DNA of 64,000 nt from an uncultured Victivallis sp. (GTDB lineage: Bacteria; Verrucomicrobiota; Lentisphaeria; Victivallales; GWF2-50-93). This document shows positions 21,491-31,718 of this stretch, piece by piece; the stretch's first letter is position 1; every line of letters begins with the position of its first letter. Made by a program: the position numbers and the translations under genes. The stretch spans positions 122,416-186,415 of the forward strand of contig CAZRKP010000003.1 in the NCBI GenBank assembly GCA_964600895.1, read 5' to 3'. The notes below the pieces were generated by a model that searched no databases, was not told the origin of the DNA, and saw only the letters and a list, made by a program, of their open reading frames with translations.

Positions 21491-22282
21491 CTATTCCTTT
21501 GTATGTTTATGCATGTCGTCATATTCCAACTCGTCGCGGATGCCGAACCGTGTAAGACAGAAGTCATATTTCACAGGGTCTTCCGGATTCAGCTTCGCGA
21601 AATTCGCAGTAATTTCCACCGCTGCCTTTAGATTTGCCTGCTTGCGTCCTGTAAATCCTGCACGGTTGCAGATATTCCACATGTGAATGTCCAGCGGAAT
21701 AATCAGTTTTGATTTAGGGACATCCTTCCAACCTCCAGGATCCACTTCATCCTTCCTGACCATCCAGCGCAGATAGAGATTGAATCTCTTGCATGCGCTT
21801 CCGCGGCCCGGACAAGGCAGTAGATAGGTCTCTCCTCCCCTGAAATCAGCGCTCATGATTTTGACAAAATTCATCATGACAGGAATCAGGGTCTTGTAAT
21901 TTTCATTGTATCCGGACATGAAACAGTTTTCTAGCGAACCATATTTTTTAACTACGGATTTCGCAGTGAAAAGGAGCGTTGCAATCTCATCACCGGTAGT
22001 AAAACGGTGCTTGAATCCTCGAAAGGCGGAGAACATTCCTTTCCTATCGTTTCCCATCAGGAAGGCATGAGGTGACTGCATCTTGTCAAGGATTTTAGAG
22101 ACGCTTTTCAGGATCTGCTTTACATTGCCATAAGCCAGCGATGAGGCAACAAGTCCGGCGATCTCCCTGTCAAGGGCACTGTCGTATCTATAGAGAAATT
22201 CAAGGGGATCCGGATGGACAAATTCCCTTTTGTTGAATTTCAAATAAAGGAGATCGAGATTTTTCCTCGTGAAATTTCTCAT
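21491..22282 (-). CDS. TIGR02757/DUF2400 family protein (HhH-like)
   Basis: FVHPDPLEF, SACKRFNLYLRWMVRKD, PLDIH, EDPVKYDFCL. Start moved to ATG 22282 because GTG 22315 lies in the terminator. Confidence 0.88.
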   Translation of the reverse strand: MRNFTRKNLDLLYLKFNKREFVHPDPLEFLYRYDSALDREIAGLVASSLAYGNVKQILKSVSKILDKMQSPHAFLMGNDRKGMFSAFRGFKHRFTTGDEIATLLFTAKSVVKKYGSLENCFMSGYNENYKTLIPVMMNFVKIMSADFRGGETYLLPCPGRGSACKRFNLYLRWMVRKDEVDPGGWKDVPKSKLIIPLDIHMWNICNRAGFTGRKQANLKAAVEITANFAKLNPEDPVKYDFCLTRFGIRDELEYDDMHKHTKE

Positions 22283-22294
22283 AAGATCCTTTTT

Positions 22295-22333
22295 AAAAAC
22301 AACCAGCCACGTCACTGGGGACGTGGCTGGTTG
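22295..22333 (-). terminator. Rho-independent terminator of the oxidative-stress operon
   Basis: Perfect 14-bp stem CAACCAGCCACGTC/GACGTGGCTGGTTG, 6-nt loop, followed by a T run on the - strand, just after the rubredoxin stop. Confidence 0.88.
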
Positions 22334-22351
22334 ACATCCTAAAATGGATCT

Positions 22352-22513
22352 TTATTCCTGTTTGGAAAAGGAATCCTTGCCAACTCCACATTCCGGACAG
22401 GTCCAGTCGTCCGGCAAATCCGCAAAAGCTGTTCCAGGGGCAACTCCATGATCAGGATCGCCTTTTGCAGGATCGTAGACCCAACCGCACGCATCGCACA
22501 CATATTTGTCCAT
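22352..22513 (-). CDS. rub: Rubredoxin (53 aa)
   Basis: Not in ORF track; I translated it: [53 protein letters not shown]; GGAGG RBS upstream. Confidence 0.96.
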   Translation of the reverse strand: MDKYVCDACGWVYDPAKGDPDHGVAPGTAFADLPDDWTCPECGVGKDSFSKQE

Positions 22514-22574
22514 AGAAACCTCCTACGTTTTTTAGTACTCAAATAATTTCCATCTTCGTAACGCCAATATTCCG

Positions 22575-23783
22575 TCACTGCTTCGATTTTGCTAGCAGTT
22601 TTTCACCGACAAGCTTACCGAGTTCGAAACATGCCTTCAGATCAGCTTCCGTCGGGACATATTTCGCCCTGTAGCCTTCGCTGACCATCTCGACATTCAT
22701 GGATTTCAGATATTCATTCAGCAGCTTTACAGCTTCCCCGCTCCAACCATAGGAGCCGAACGAGGCACCTATCATGTTCGTCGGGGACAATCCTTTGACA
22801 TAGGTCAGCACATCTGCCATTGTCGGGAAAATATTATTGTTGATGGTCGGTGAACCAACTATGATCGCGTTTGATCTCAATACCTCTGTCGCAACATCGC
22901 TCCTGTGGCTTACATTCATTGGGAGCAGCTTGAATTCCACTCCTGATTCCCTAAGCCCCTCACCGATTGTCTTCGCCATCATCGCTGTACTGTTCCACAT
23001 CGTATCATAAACGACAATCGCCCTCGGAACTGGCTTATGTTCAGCCCATTTCCCGTAGAGTCCTGCAATCTTTGCGAAATGAGAACGCCAGACAGGACCA
23101 TGGTCCGGAGCAACAAGCTTGATAGGAAGGTTCAACTCCTTGAGGGAGTCCAGGAGCTTGAGGATTAGGTTAGAGTAAGGCATCAGGATATTGCCGAAAT
23201 ATTTCTCGGCTTCCTCCTCCATGATCTCCCAGTTGTTCTCATCATCAAAGAGCCTGTTCACTGCAAGATGCATACCGAATCCGTCCTGTGAGAAGAGAAT
23301 CTGCTCCTCCTTAAGATAACTGACCATGCTGTCCGGCCAGTGAAGCATCTTCGTCTCAATGAAGCTAATGTTCATGTTTCCGAGCGAAATGCTGTCACCG
23401 GTCTTGACCGGAGTAATATTCGAACCAATTCTGAAGTGCGACTCCAAGGCCTTCTGCCCCATAACCGACGCAAAGACCTTTTCAGGCTTGATTATGTCGA
23501 TTATCTCAGGCAGGCAACCGGAATGATCCATTTCCGAATGGTTTGAAATTATGTAGTCGATGTCTTCCGGCTTCACAACAGAGGAGATCCTGGAAAGTAG
23601 CTCATCCCTGAAAGGCGCCTTCACAGTGTCGACAAGTGTGATCTTGTCGGCCATTATGAGATACGCATTGTAGGTCGTTCCCCTGCTCGTCTGGTAACCA
23701 TGGAAGTCACGGACAGTCCAATCGACCGCGCCGACCCACCATACCTTGTCGCTGATCCTGATAGCTTTCCCGATGCTGTTCAT
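22575..23783 (-). CDS. fprA: Flavodiiron protein (FprA; rubredoxin:O2/NO oxidoreductase)
   Basis: GTTYNAYL, NHSEMDHSG, HWPDSM, SQDGFGMH, APDHG, then flavodoxin domain YDTMWNST...FGSYGWSGEA. Confidence 0.95.
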   Translation of the reverse strand: MNSIGKAIRISDKVWWVGAVDWTVRDFHGYQTSRGTTYNAYLIMADKITLVDTVKAPFRDELLSRISSVVKPEDIDYIISNHSEMDHSGCLPEIIDIIKPEKVFASVMGQKALESHFRIGSNITPVKTGDSISLGNMNISFIETKMLHWPDSMVSYLKEEQILFSQDGFGMHLAVNRLFDDENNWEIMEEEAEKYFGNILMPYSNLILKLLDSLKELNLPIKLVAPDHGPVWRSHFAKIAGLYGKWAEHKPVPRAIVVYDTMWNSTAMMAKTIGEGLRESGVEFKLLPMNVSHRSDVATEVLRSNAIIVGSPTINNNIFPTMADVLTYVKGLSPTNMIGASFGSYGWSGEAVKLLNEYLKSMNVEMVSEGYRAKYVPTEADLKACFELGKLVGEKLLAKSKQ

Positions 23784-23793
23784 ATGCCTCCAA

Positions 23794-24342
23794 TCATGGT
23801 GCAGTGGCGCCTGGCGCCTTTATTCCACCGGGAATAACAGGGAAGACGAAGGTCCTCTGTCCTTTCTCCCTGTCCAGCATCAGGAGGGCTTCCTTGGAGT
23901 CAGCGGCAAGCTTGAGTTCGTTGATGATTTCGTTTGCGTTGGCCTCTTCCTCGACCTGCTCGCTGATGTACCACTGGATGAAGTTGCGGGTGGCGAAATC
24001 CTTTTCCGCTTCGGCGAGTGCCGCGATATTGTTGATCCTGGAAGTAACTATCTCCTCATGTTCGAGGACGTTCTCGAAAACTGCCAGCGGCGACTTCCAT
24101 TCGAGCTTCGGCTTTGCGATTTCCTTCAAGACAACCTTGCCACCGCGGTCGATTATGAAATTGTAGAAGCCCATTCCATGGACAGTCTCCTCCTGGGTCT
24201 GAACCTGGAGCCAATTGGCAAAACCATTCAGCCCCTGAAACCTCATATGGGCAGTCATAGAAAGATAGATATATGCCGAATACAGCTCAAAATTGAGCTG
24301 GTCGTTCAAAGCAGCTTCAATCTTTTTCGGTATCATTTTCAT
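23794..24342 (-). CDS. ftnA: Non-heme ferritin
   Basis: LNDQLNFELYSAYIY, EETVHG, HEEIVT, QWYISEQVEEE ferroxidase motifs. Confidence 0.93.
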   Translation of the reverse strand: MKMIPKKIEAALNDQLNFELYSAYIYLSMTAHMRFQGLNGFANWLQVQTQEETVHGMGFYNFIIDRGGKVVLKEIAKPKLEWKSPLAVFENVLEHEEIVTSRINNIAALAEAEKDFATRNFIQWYISEQVEEEANANEIINELKLAADSKEALLMLDREKGQRTFVFPVIPGGIKAPGATAP

Positions 24343-24716
24343 GCCCTCCAGAGACCGTGGAGGTTGCAGTATGCGCGAACAATAAGTTTTCCAGTGTTTG
24401 GAACATAGAATTCAGCTTCAGGGGCGTCCCCCGGCTTCAGATTCTTGCGGTTGACATAGTCACCATTGATCACCTCTATCCACTGGATGTAGTGTTTTTC
24501 CTCCATCGGGTGAGCAACGGAACCGACGACGATCTTGACTCCCGCCTTGCCCTGCTGGATGACCGGTACATGCTTTTCCTTCGCGGCATCTACGCTGTTC
24601 TCCTTCAGAACCTGGACAGGCTCCCCACAGCAGGTGATATCGAGACAGTCACCATCAGTCATAACTTCAAAGGTGACTCCTTTGCAGCATTTGAGCACTT
24701 CAAGTCTTTTAGCCAT
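24339..24716 (-). CDS. dfx: Desulfoferrodoxin / superoxide reductase
   Basis: DAAKEKHVP, HPMEEKHYIQWIE, YCNLHGLW centre II ligands; N-terminal Cys domain variant; start ATG 24716. Confidence 0.92.
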   Translation of the reverse strand: MAKRLEVLKCCKGVTFEVMTDGDCLDITCCGEPVQVLKENSVDAAKEKHVPVIQQGKAGVKIVVGSVAHPMEEKHYIQWIEVINGDYVNRKNLKPGDAPEAEFYVPNTGKLIVRAYCNLHGLWRA

Positions 24717-24804
24717 TGTTGCTTCTCCTTTATATTTTATGTATGACATTGCAGGGATTGAAGTTATCCTGCAATTTCCCACTTTTCAAGCCTAGGTAGG
24801 GAAA

Positions 24805-25383
24805 CTACCAATTCTCCTTTTTGATCTCAAAGTAAGACTGCGGGTGCTGACAGGCAGGGCATTTCTTCAGAGCCTCAGGGCCTTCATGGACATAACCGCA
24901 TTTCCTGCACTGCCATTTGACCTTGGAATCCTTTTTGAATACTTTCCCCTCCTTGACGTTTTTCAGCAGGGCATTGTAGCGGGACTCATGCTCGCTTTCT
25001 GCCTTTGCAACCATCCTGAAGAGAGTAGAAACCTCCTTGAATCCTTCCTTTTCCGCGACATCCGCAAATGCCGGATATAGATTGCTCCACTCGTGGTGTT
25101 CACCTGCGGCAGCATGAGAAAGGTTCTCCTGAGTTGTTCCTATCCTGCCAGCAGGATAGCATGCAGTGATCTCAAGGTCCCCTCCTTCGAGGTGCTTGAA
25201 GAAGTTCTTGGCATGGATCCTCTCCTGGTCGGCAGTCTCCCTGAAAATCTCGGCAATCTGCTCAAATCCTTCCTTTTCAGCTGCACTGGCCGAATACGTA
25301 TATCGGTTCCTGGCCTGTGACTCTCCTGCAAACGCCTTTAGAAGATTCTTCTCAGTCTCCGTTCCTTTGATGCTCTTTCCCAT
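24805..25383 (-). CDS. rbr: Rubrerythrin
   Basis: AFAGESQARNRY, QERIH, GEHHE, ESEH diiron motifs; C-terminal CRKCGY...CPAC. Confidence 0.96.
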   Translation of the reverse strand: MGKSIKGTETEKNLLKAFAGESQARNRYTYSASAAEKEGFEQIAEIFRETADQERIHAKNFFKHLEGGDLEITACYPAGRIGTTQENLSHAAAGEHHEWSNLYPAFADVAEKEGFKEVSTLFRMVAKAESEHESRYNALLKNVKEGKVFKKDSKVKWQCRKCGYVHEGPEALKKCPACQHPQSYFEIKKENW

Positions 25384-25414
25384 TCTACACCTCCGTTATA
25401 TTAAATTACTTGAT

Positions 25415-25483
25415 TTTTTGACGGGATTACAGGATCTCCATGATATAACTTTTATCCTGTAAATCCGGTTATCCAGTCAAAAA
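25415..25483. repeat. REP-like palindromic element, family A, between perR and rbr
   Basis: TTTTTGACGGGATTACAGGAT ... ATCCTGTAAATCCGGTTATCCAGTCAAAAA. Confidence 0.7.
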
Positions 25484-25488
25484 TGCGT

Positions 25489-25866
25489 TCATGAGCATTT
25501 TCCACACTGACCTGTAAACTCAATCTTGTAACCTGAGACATCCTTGTTGAGCTTCCTGATCTCGCCCAGTGACTTGTCGAGGATGTCCGCTCCCTCAGGA
25601 TCAAAATCCAATATCCTTCCGCACTTGAGGCATCTCAGGTGATGGTGATGGCTGATGTCACCATCAAATCTCATCTGAGAACCGGCACACTCTATCTTCT
25701 GAACATGCCCTTCCAGTGACAACACTTCAAGATTCCTGTAGACTGACGCAATACTTATCTTGGGAGTTCTCTTCCTTATGTGCTCATAGAACTCGTCCGC
25801 TGTCGGATGAGTCTTGAGCTTTTTCAGCTCCCTTAAGATAGCCTTCCGCTGTCTTGTTAATCTCAA
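25489..25866 (-). CDS. perR: Fur-family regulator, PerR-like
   Basis: TRQR, HPTADE, SIASVYRNL, RFD..HHH, CLKC, CGKC. TTG 25866 has a GAGG RBS; ATG 25890 lies inside the operator. Confidence 0.85.
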   Translation of the reverse strand: MRLTRQRKAILRELKKLKTHPTADEFYEHIRKRTPKISIASVYRNLEVLSLEGHVQKIECAGSQMRFDGDISHHHHLRCLKCGRILDFDPEGADILDKSLGEIRKLNKDVSGYKIEFTGQCGKCS

Positions 25867-25878
25867 TTTAACCTCAAT

Positions 25879-25897
25879 AATAAGAATCATTCTTATT
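25879..25897. promoter_or_regulatory. Fur/PerR-type operator (perfect 9-1-9 palindrome AATAAGAAT-C-ATTCTTATT)
   Basis: Perfect inverted repeat directly upstream of the Fur-family gene; 9-1-9 AT-rich geometry is typical of Fur-family boxes. Confidence 0.8.
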
Positions 25898-26047
25898 TTT
25901 GATAAGCTATACTAATCGCAGTCCATGTCAAGCTTTATCATGAAATATTTCTGTTTTTAACGCCTCCAATGGCGTAAAAATTTGAAATTGACCACGCACG
26001 GACGAAATTACAATACTAACAGACACTTCATATGGGGAGCCTTTGAA

Positions 26048-26659
26048 TTGAATGATAACCTTAAAGTTTTGCTGGAATCATCACTCTATTTCCTCGCCCT
26101 GATCAATCCCGCGAGCAAGATTTTCCTGTTATCATCGATACAGCCGCCTCTTTCAGGCAAAAAACTCCTGACCCTTTCATTCCAGTCCACCATCGTAGCC
26201 TTTATAATACTTCTGCTTGTGACGGTTGTTGGCAATCTCGTCCTGAGACACGTTTTCCACGTGGAGATATATTCGCTTAAGGTGGCGGGTGGAATAATCC
26301 TTTTCATAATTGGGCTGCAGGCAGTCCGCAATGGAAGATTTTATGAAAGCAGCCTGCACGGCAGTCTTTCCGACCTTTCTGTTGTTCCGCTCGGGGCTCC
26401 TCTTATCGCAGGTCCGGGCACCATAGCCGCGGCAATTTCCTACAGGGCAGCATCAGGAATTGAACTCACAATCATTGCCATAAGCATAGCTCTTATCGTG
26501 AATTTCATCCTTATGGCAGGTTCCATCTGGATAGCCAAGATACTTGACCGGTTCCATGTAATCGGTCCTCTGATAAGGATCACCGGGCTCATAGTTGCAG
26601 CCGTGGCCGTACAGATGATATTGAGCGGCATCGGGGAATGGTATGCCGTAATCAAATAG
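26048..26659 (+). CDS. MarC family integral membrane protein
   Basis: LINP, VAGGIILF, VVPLGAPLIAGPGTI, RITGLIVAAVAVQM; TTG 26048 has a GGGGAG RBS. Confidence 0.88.
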   Translation: MNDNLKVLLESSLYFLALINPASKIFLLSSIQPPLSGKKLLTLSFQSTIVAFIILLLVTVVGNLVLRHVFHVEIYSLKVAGGIILFIIGLQAVRNGRFYESSLHGSLSDLSVVPLGAPLIAGPGTIAAAISYRAASGIELTIIAISIALIVNFILMAGSIWIAKILDRFHVIGPLIRITGLIVAAVAVQMILSGIGEWYAVIK

Positions 26660-26684
26660 CATTTGATAAAGGACATGTCAGAAA

Positions 26685-27818
26685 ATGCTGGAATGCCCGA
26701 ACTGCAAAACCACAAGGCTGGTAAAGCTCCAGAACGAATACGGCTTTTTCTGGGGTTGTCCAAAGTGCGATGGACGTGCTGTAAATCTTAGCTTGCTCAG
26801 GAAGAAATTCTCCCATAAGTTCCTCGCGAATCTCTGGGGCATGGCTTATGAGCGCAAAGGTCCTTTCTCCAGACGATGCCCAATGTGCGGCAAGCATATG
26901 AACGAGATCTCCGCTGAGACTGGCACTCCAAAACTCGACGTATGCAAGGCATGCCAGTTCGTCTGGTTTGACCCGAAGGAATATGAGCAGATCCCGCTGG
27001 AGCCAATCCCACCTCCGGAGACTAAGCTGAAAGATCTGTTGCCACTGGAAGCAAGGGAAAAATTAGCCCTAAGAGAAGTGCAGAGGATCGAAGATGAGGC
27101 AAGGTCATCCGACAGCAATTTCGGAGATGCCCCCGATGAATCCTGGAAAAACATTCCAGCAATTTTCGGTCTTCCTGTGGAATATGAAAACAAATTGAAT
27201 CATCTGCCTATTATGACATGGCTCATCATCATCATGACCTGCATTATCAGCATCGGCACATTTGCCAATTCAAATCATTTTATTAGGATTTTCGGTTTTA
27301 TCCCCGCTCAACCCTTCAGGGACTGCGGACTTACCATGATCAGTTCCTTTTTCCTACATGCGGGCTGGTACCATCTTCTCGGGAACATGTATTTCCTCTA
27401 TATTTTTGGCGACAATGTAGAAGATATTCTCGGTAAATGGAAATTTCTGCTGCTTCTACTGTTATCGACACTGGCCGGAGATCTCCTCCATATGATGATA
27501 GGAGGGAAATCTGAGATTCCATGCATAGGAGCAAGTGGTGGTATTTCAGGAATAATAACATTCTATGCCCTTCAGTTTCCCGGGGCAAAACTTGGAATAC
27601 TTTTTCGTTTTGGCCATATGTTCCGCTGGATAAGTTTTCCTGCAGTAATCGGGCTAGTTCTATGGATATTGATGCAGGCGTATGGAGTCTGGCAGCAGCT
27701 CAATGGATTCTCAAACGTCTCCGCTCTCGCCCATCTTGGTGGTGCGGCGGTCGGATTCGCACTCTGGATCCCGTATGCGAGCTGGGGGATAGTTTCTGAA
27801 AAGGAAAAGGATTCCTAA
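26685..27818 (+). CDS. Rhomboid intramembrane serine protease with two N-terminal Zn-ribbon domains
   Basis: CPNC/CPKC and CPMC/CKAC ribbons; HAGWYHLLGNM, GASGG (catalytic Ser), AHLGG (catalytic His). Confidence 0.9.
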   Translation: MLECPNCKTTRLVKLQNEYGFFWGCPKCDGRAVNLSLLRKKFSHKFLANLWGMAYERKGPFSRRCPMCGKHMNEISAETGTPKLDVCKACQFVWFDPKEYEQIPLEPIPPPETKLKDLLPLEAREKLALREVQRIEDEARSSDSNFGDAPDESWKNIPAIFGLPVEYENKLNHLPIMTWLIIIMTCIISIGTFANSNHFIRIFGFIPAQPFRDCGLTMISSFFLHAGWYHLLGNMYFLYIFGDNVEDILGKWKFLLLLLLSTLAGDLLHMMIGGKSEIPCIGASGGISGIITFYALQFPGAKLGILFRFGHMFRWISFPAVIGLVLWILMQAYGVWQQLNGFSNVSALAHLGGAAVGFALWIPYASWGIVSEKEKDS

Positions 27819-27852
27819 GGCACGGCTGGATTACGGTCATTCGCCATGGCAT

Positions 27853-28326
27853 ATGCCTGTGCTACATTATGGAATGAAAAGAAAGTTCATATCGATAGAG
27901 ACTGCGAAGTTCGCAAACTGGAAGGAATGGTTCTTCAGATACGGAATTGAGCTTATCCTTTTCTCCACAATATTCGCACTTGCGATCTTCGCAGACAAAC
28001 CAAGTGACATCCCTGGCGATAGATTCATCAAGTGCTATTTCAAGGAGTGGACTGGACTGCCCTGTCCCAGTTGTGGATTGACAAGAGGCTTCATCGCTTT
28101 CTTCCATGCCAACTTCGCAGAGACTTTGAAGTTGAATGCACTCACATATATCCTTATCCCCTTCTTTGCTTACAGATTCTTCAGATCATTGTCGGCCGGA
28201 ATTTTCAGGAAATATGTTGAAATATATCTGCCCATGAAGGCGGTTTTCGGTATAATCATCCTGGGATTTATCTATACCGTTGTAAGATTACTGCTTGAGG
28301 CCGGAGTGAAATACCATCTTTTCTAA
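27853..28326 (+). CDS. DUF2752 family membrane protein
   Basis: C.F..WTGLPCPSCGLTRGF...LNAL motif. Confidence 0.8.
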   Translation: MPVLHYGMKRKFISIETAKFANWKEWFFRYGIELILFSTIFALAIFADKPSDIPGDRFIKCYFKEWTGLPCPSCGLTRGFIAFFHANFAETLKLNALTYILIPFFAYRFFRSLSAGIFRKYVEIYLPMKAVFGIIILGFIYTVVRLLLEAGVKYHLF

Positions 28327-28472
28327 ACAAAGTTCCAAACTTCAAATCACAAACAAATCTCAAGTTCCAAACAAAGACAATTTACAAACAAGATTTTTTT
28401 AAGGATTTTGTCTGAACTTTTAATATGTTTAACCTTTTGTTTGGATTTTAGAGTTAGAAATTTGGAACTTGT
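28327..28472. repeat. Long imperfect inverted-repeat element (AAGTTCCAAA ... TTTGGAACTT)
   Basis: Two left-arm copies (28330, 28362) and one right-arm copy (28461-28470); A-rich left half, T-rich right half; between convergent genes. Confidence 0.65.
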
Positions 28473-28507
28473 CTTAACTTGAGCGTCAGGTTAAAACCCG
28501 ACAAGTT

Positions 28508-29809
<1,302 letters not shown>

Positions 29810-29813
29810 CCTC

Positions 29814-30365
29814 TTATTTTCTTTGCACAAACATTACATTCAGCAGTTGTTCAGCTTTTGCGCCTTTTCCCAGGGCGTGTGCCAGCTTCAAAGCAAAATC
29901 AAATGCTGCACCGGGTCCTTTACCGGTTATTATATTTCCGTCGACTTCAGTAAGATTGTTCGTATAATTGACACCTGCCAGTTCCTCCTTGACGGAAGGA
30001 TGGGCAGTGACATTCTTTCCCTCGATAACTCCCGCCTTCTTCAGGGCGATAGGTGCGGCGCAGATTGCGGCAACTACAGCCTTCCTGTCATTCATCTTCT
30101 TCACCAAATCAATGACGGCGGGGCAGTCGCGGAGGTTTGTGGAGCCCGGCATTCCGCCCGGAAGTACCACGGCGTCAAGCTCCGAATCCTTGAGATCAGA
30201 TATCAGGCAGTCGGCTTCAATCCTGATCCCGTGTGACCCCTGCACTATCTTCTTGAGTCCGGCTGTAACTACCTGGTAATCAAGCCTTCTCAGGACATCT
30301 ACAGGTGTAATCGCTTCGATCTCTTCGAAGCCGTCAGCGAGTAGAAAAGCTATCTTGCCTGCCAT
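29814..30365 (-). CDS. DJ-1/ThiJ/PfpI family protein (YajL-like)
   Basis: LADGFEEIEA, LPGGMPGS, AAICAAP, ITGKGPG; start ATG 30365 after GGAGG. Confidence 0.92.
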   Translation of the reverse strand: MAGKIAFLLADGFEEIEAITPVDVLRRLDYQVVTAGLKKIVQGSHGIRIEADCLISDLKDSELDAVVLPGGMPGSTNLRDCPAVIDLVKKMNDRKAVVAAICAAPIALKKAGVIEGKNVTAHPSVKEELAGVNYTNNLTEVDGNIITGKGPGAAFDFALKLAHALGKGAKAEQLLNVMFVQRK

Positions 30366-30491
30366 GATCATTTTCCTCCGTTGTTTTGCAGAAAATAGTT
30401 CATGAGGACGGAAAAGCCAGCCATATAAACCTTTCAGTCTGAAAAAATTGGAATCTGTGCTATATTCCGCAATTATAAAAGAGGAATTTCG

Positions 30492-30977
30492 ATGAAAATA
30501 GGACTGTTCCCAGGAAGTTTCGATCCTGTTACGAACGGACATCTTGATGTCATATTGAGGGCTAAGGAGCTTTTCGACAAGCTCATCGTCGGTGTTGCCG
30601 TCAACGACTCGAAGACATCGTCAGCGATGTTTTCTCTCGATGAGAGGAAGAAGATACTGGAAGAGGTCTGCAAGGGCATCCCAAAGGTGGAGATACTTGT
30701 CTTCGACGGACTCCTGCTCGAAGCAGTGAAGAAATACAAGGCTGTGGCGGTGGTCAGGGGGCTGAGGGCCATATCCGATTTCGAATACGAGTTCCAGATG
30801 GCCATGATGAACCGAGAGATCATGAGCGACTACGAGACCGTCTTCCTGATGGCGAGCCATTCATATTCGTTCGTCAGTTCCAGGATGATCAAGGAGCTTG
30901 TCAGGTTCGGTGGTGACGTATCGCCTTTCGTACCCCCTGCGGTAGTGAAGGCATTGAAGAAACATAAGCACATCTGA
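30492..30977 (+). CDS. coaD: Phosphopantetheine adenylyltransferase
   Basis: FPGSFDPVTNGHLD, VRGLRAISDFEYE, FVSSRMIKE. Confidence 0.97.
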   Translation: MKIGLFPGSFDPVTNGHLDVILRAKELFDKLIVGVAVNDSKTSSAMFSLDERKKILEEVCKGIPKVEILVFDGLLLEAVKKYKAVAVVRGLRAISDFEYEFQMAMMNREIMSDYETVFLMASHSYSFVSSRMIKELVRFGGDVSPFVPPAVVKALKKHKHI

Positions 30978-30986
30978 GCAGACTCG

Positions 30987-31484
30987 ATGATAAAAGTAAG
31001 CGTAAACCAGGTCGACCAGAACGGTATCCGCCTATATGGACATGAAAAGGTCTCCGAAATGGATTTCGGGGAGCAGGATAGCCTGATCAAGATGCCGGAA
31101 ACCGTCTACTACGACATCACTGCTACCCTCGTGAACGGGGGGATAGTGGTGTCGGGAAAGCTGGAGATGGATCTTGAATGCACCTGCGGCAGATGCCTGA
31201 GGAAATATGGCCACAAGATACGGTGCGATGAAGTCTGCCATTTCTTCGAAACAGGCTCTAAATCTGAAATCGACTTGACTCCGGAGCTAAGGGAAGATAT
31301 TTTAATCACTTTTCCGCAAAATTTTGTCTGTAGCAGCGACTGCAAGGGCCTGTGTCCGCTCTGTGGAGCCAACAGGAATGTGAAAAGCTGCCGTTGCGGA
31401 ACGATTGAAAGCAAAAGCGAGTGCTGGGGAGAGCTTGACAAGCTCGATTTCAGCAGACCGAAGAAAAAGAGGAAGAAAGCCTGA
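30987..31484 (+). CDS. yceD: YceD/DUF177 family protein
   Basis: CTCGRCL and CSSDCKGLCPLCGAN motifs; conserved position before rpmF. Confidence 0.88.
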   Translation: MIKVSVNQVDQNGIRLYGHEKVSEMDFGEQDSLIKMPETVYYDITATLVNGGIVVSGKLEMDLECTCGRCLRKYGHKIRCDEVCHFFETGSKSEIDLTPELREDILITFPQNFVCSSDCKGLCPLCGANRNVKSCRCGTIESKSECWGELDKLDFSRPKKKRKKA

Positions 31485-31538
31485 TCACCGTGCTTTCCGG
31501 CCAGAGTCAGGAAATAAAAATTTTCAAGGAGAATTTCG

Positions 31539-31718
31539 ATGGGTGTTCCAAAACGCAAAATGTCGAAGATGAAGCAACGCCGGCGCGTAGCCGCGAACCG
31601 ATTCAGGGGAGTACAGGCGACCGTCTGCACGGTGTGCGGCGGAGCAGTGAAGCCTCACAGGATCTGTCCTTCATGTGGAACCTACAAGGGAAAACAGCTA
31701 ATAACCGTATCTGAATAA
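31539..31718 (+). CDS. rpmF: 50S ribosomal protein L32 (Zn-binding type)
   Basis: Not in ORF track; I translated it: MGVPKRKMSKMKQRRRVAANRFRGVQATVCTVCGGAVKPHRICPSCGTYKGKQLITVSE. Confidence 0.96.
   Translation: MGVPKRKMSKMKQRRRVAANRFRGVQATVCTVCGGAVKPHRICPSCGTYKGKQLITVSE

Noticed and set aside
22339-22578. 79-aa - strand ORF MTEYWRYEDG...
   Set aside because: Wrong frame; the real gene here is rubredoxin (22352-22513).
31490-31714. 74-aa + ORF MLSGQSQEIK...
   Set aside because: Wrong frame; rpmF (31539-31718) is the real gene.
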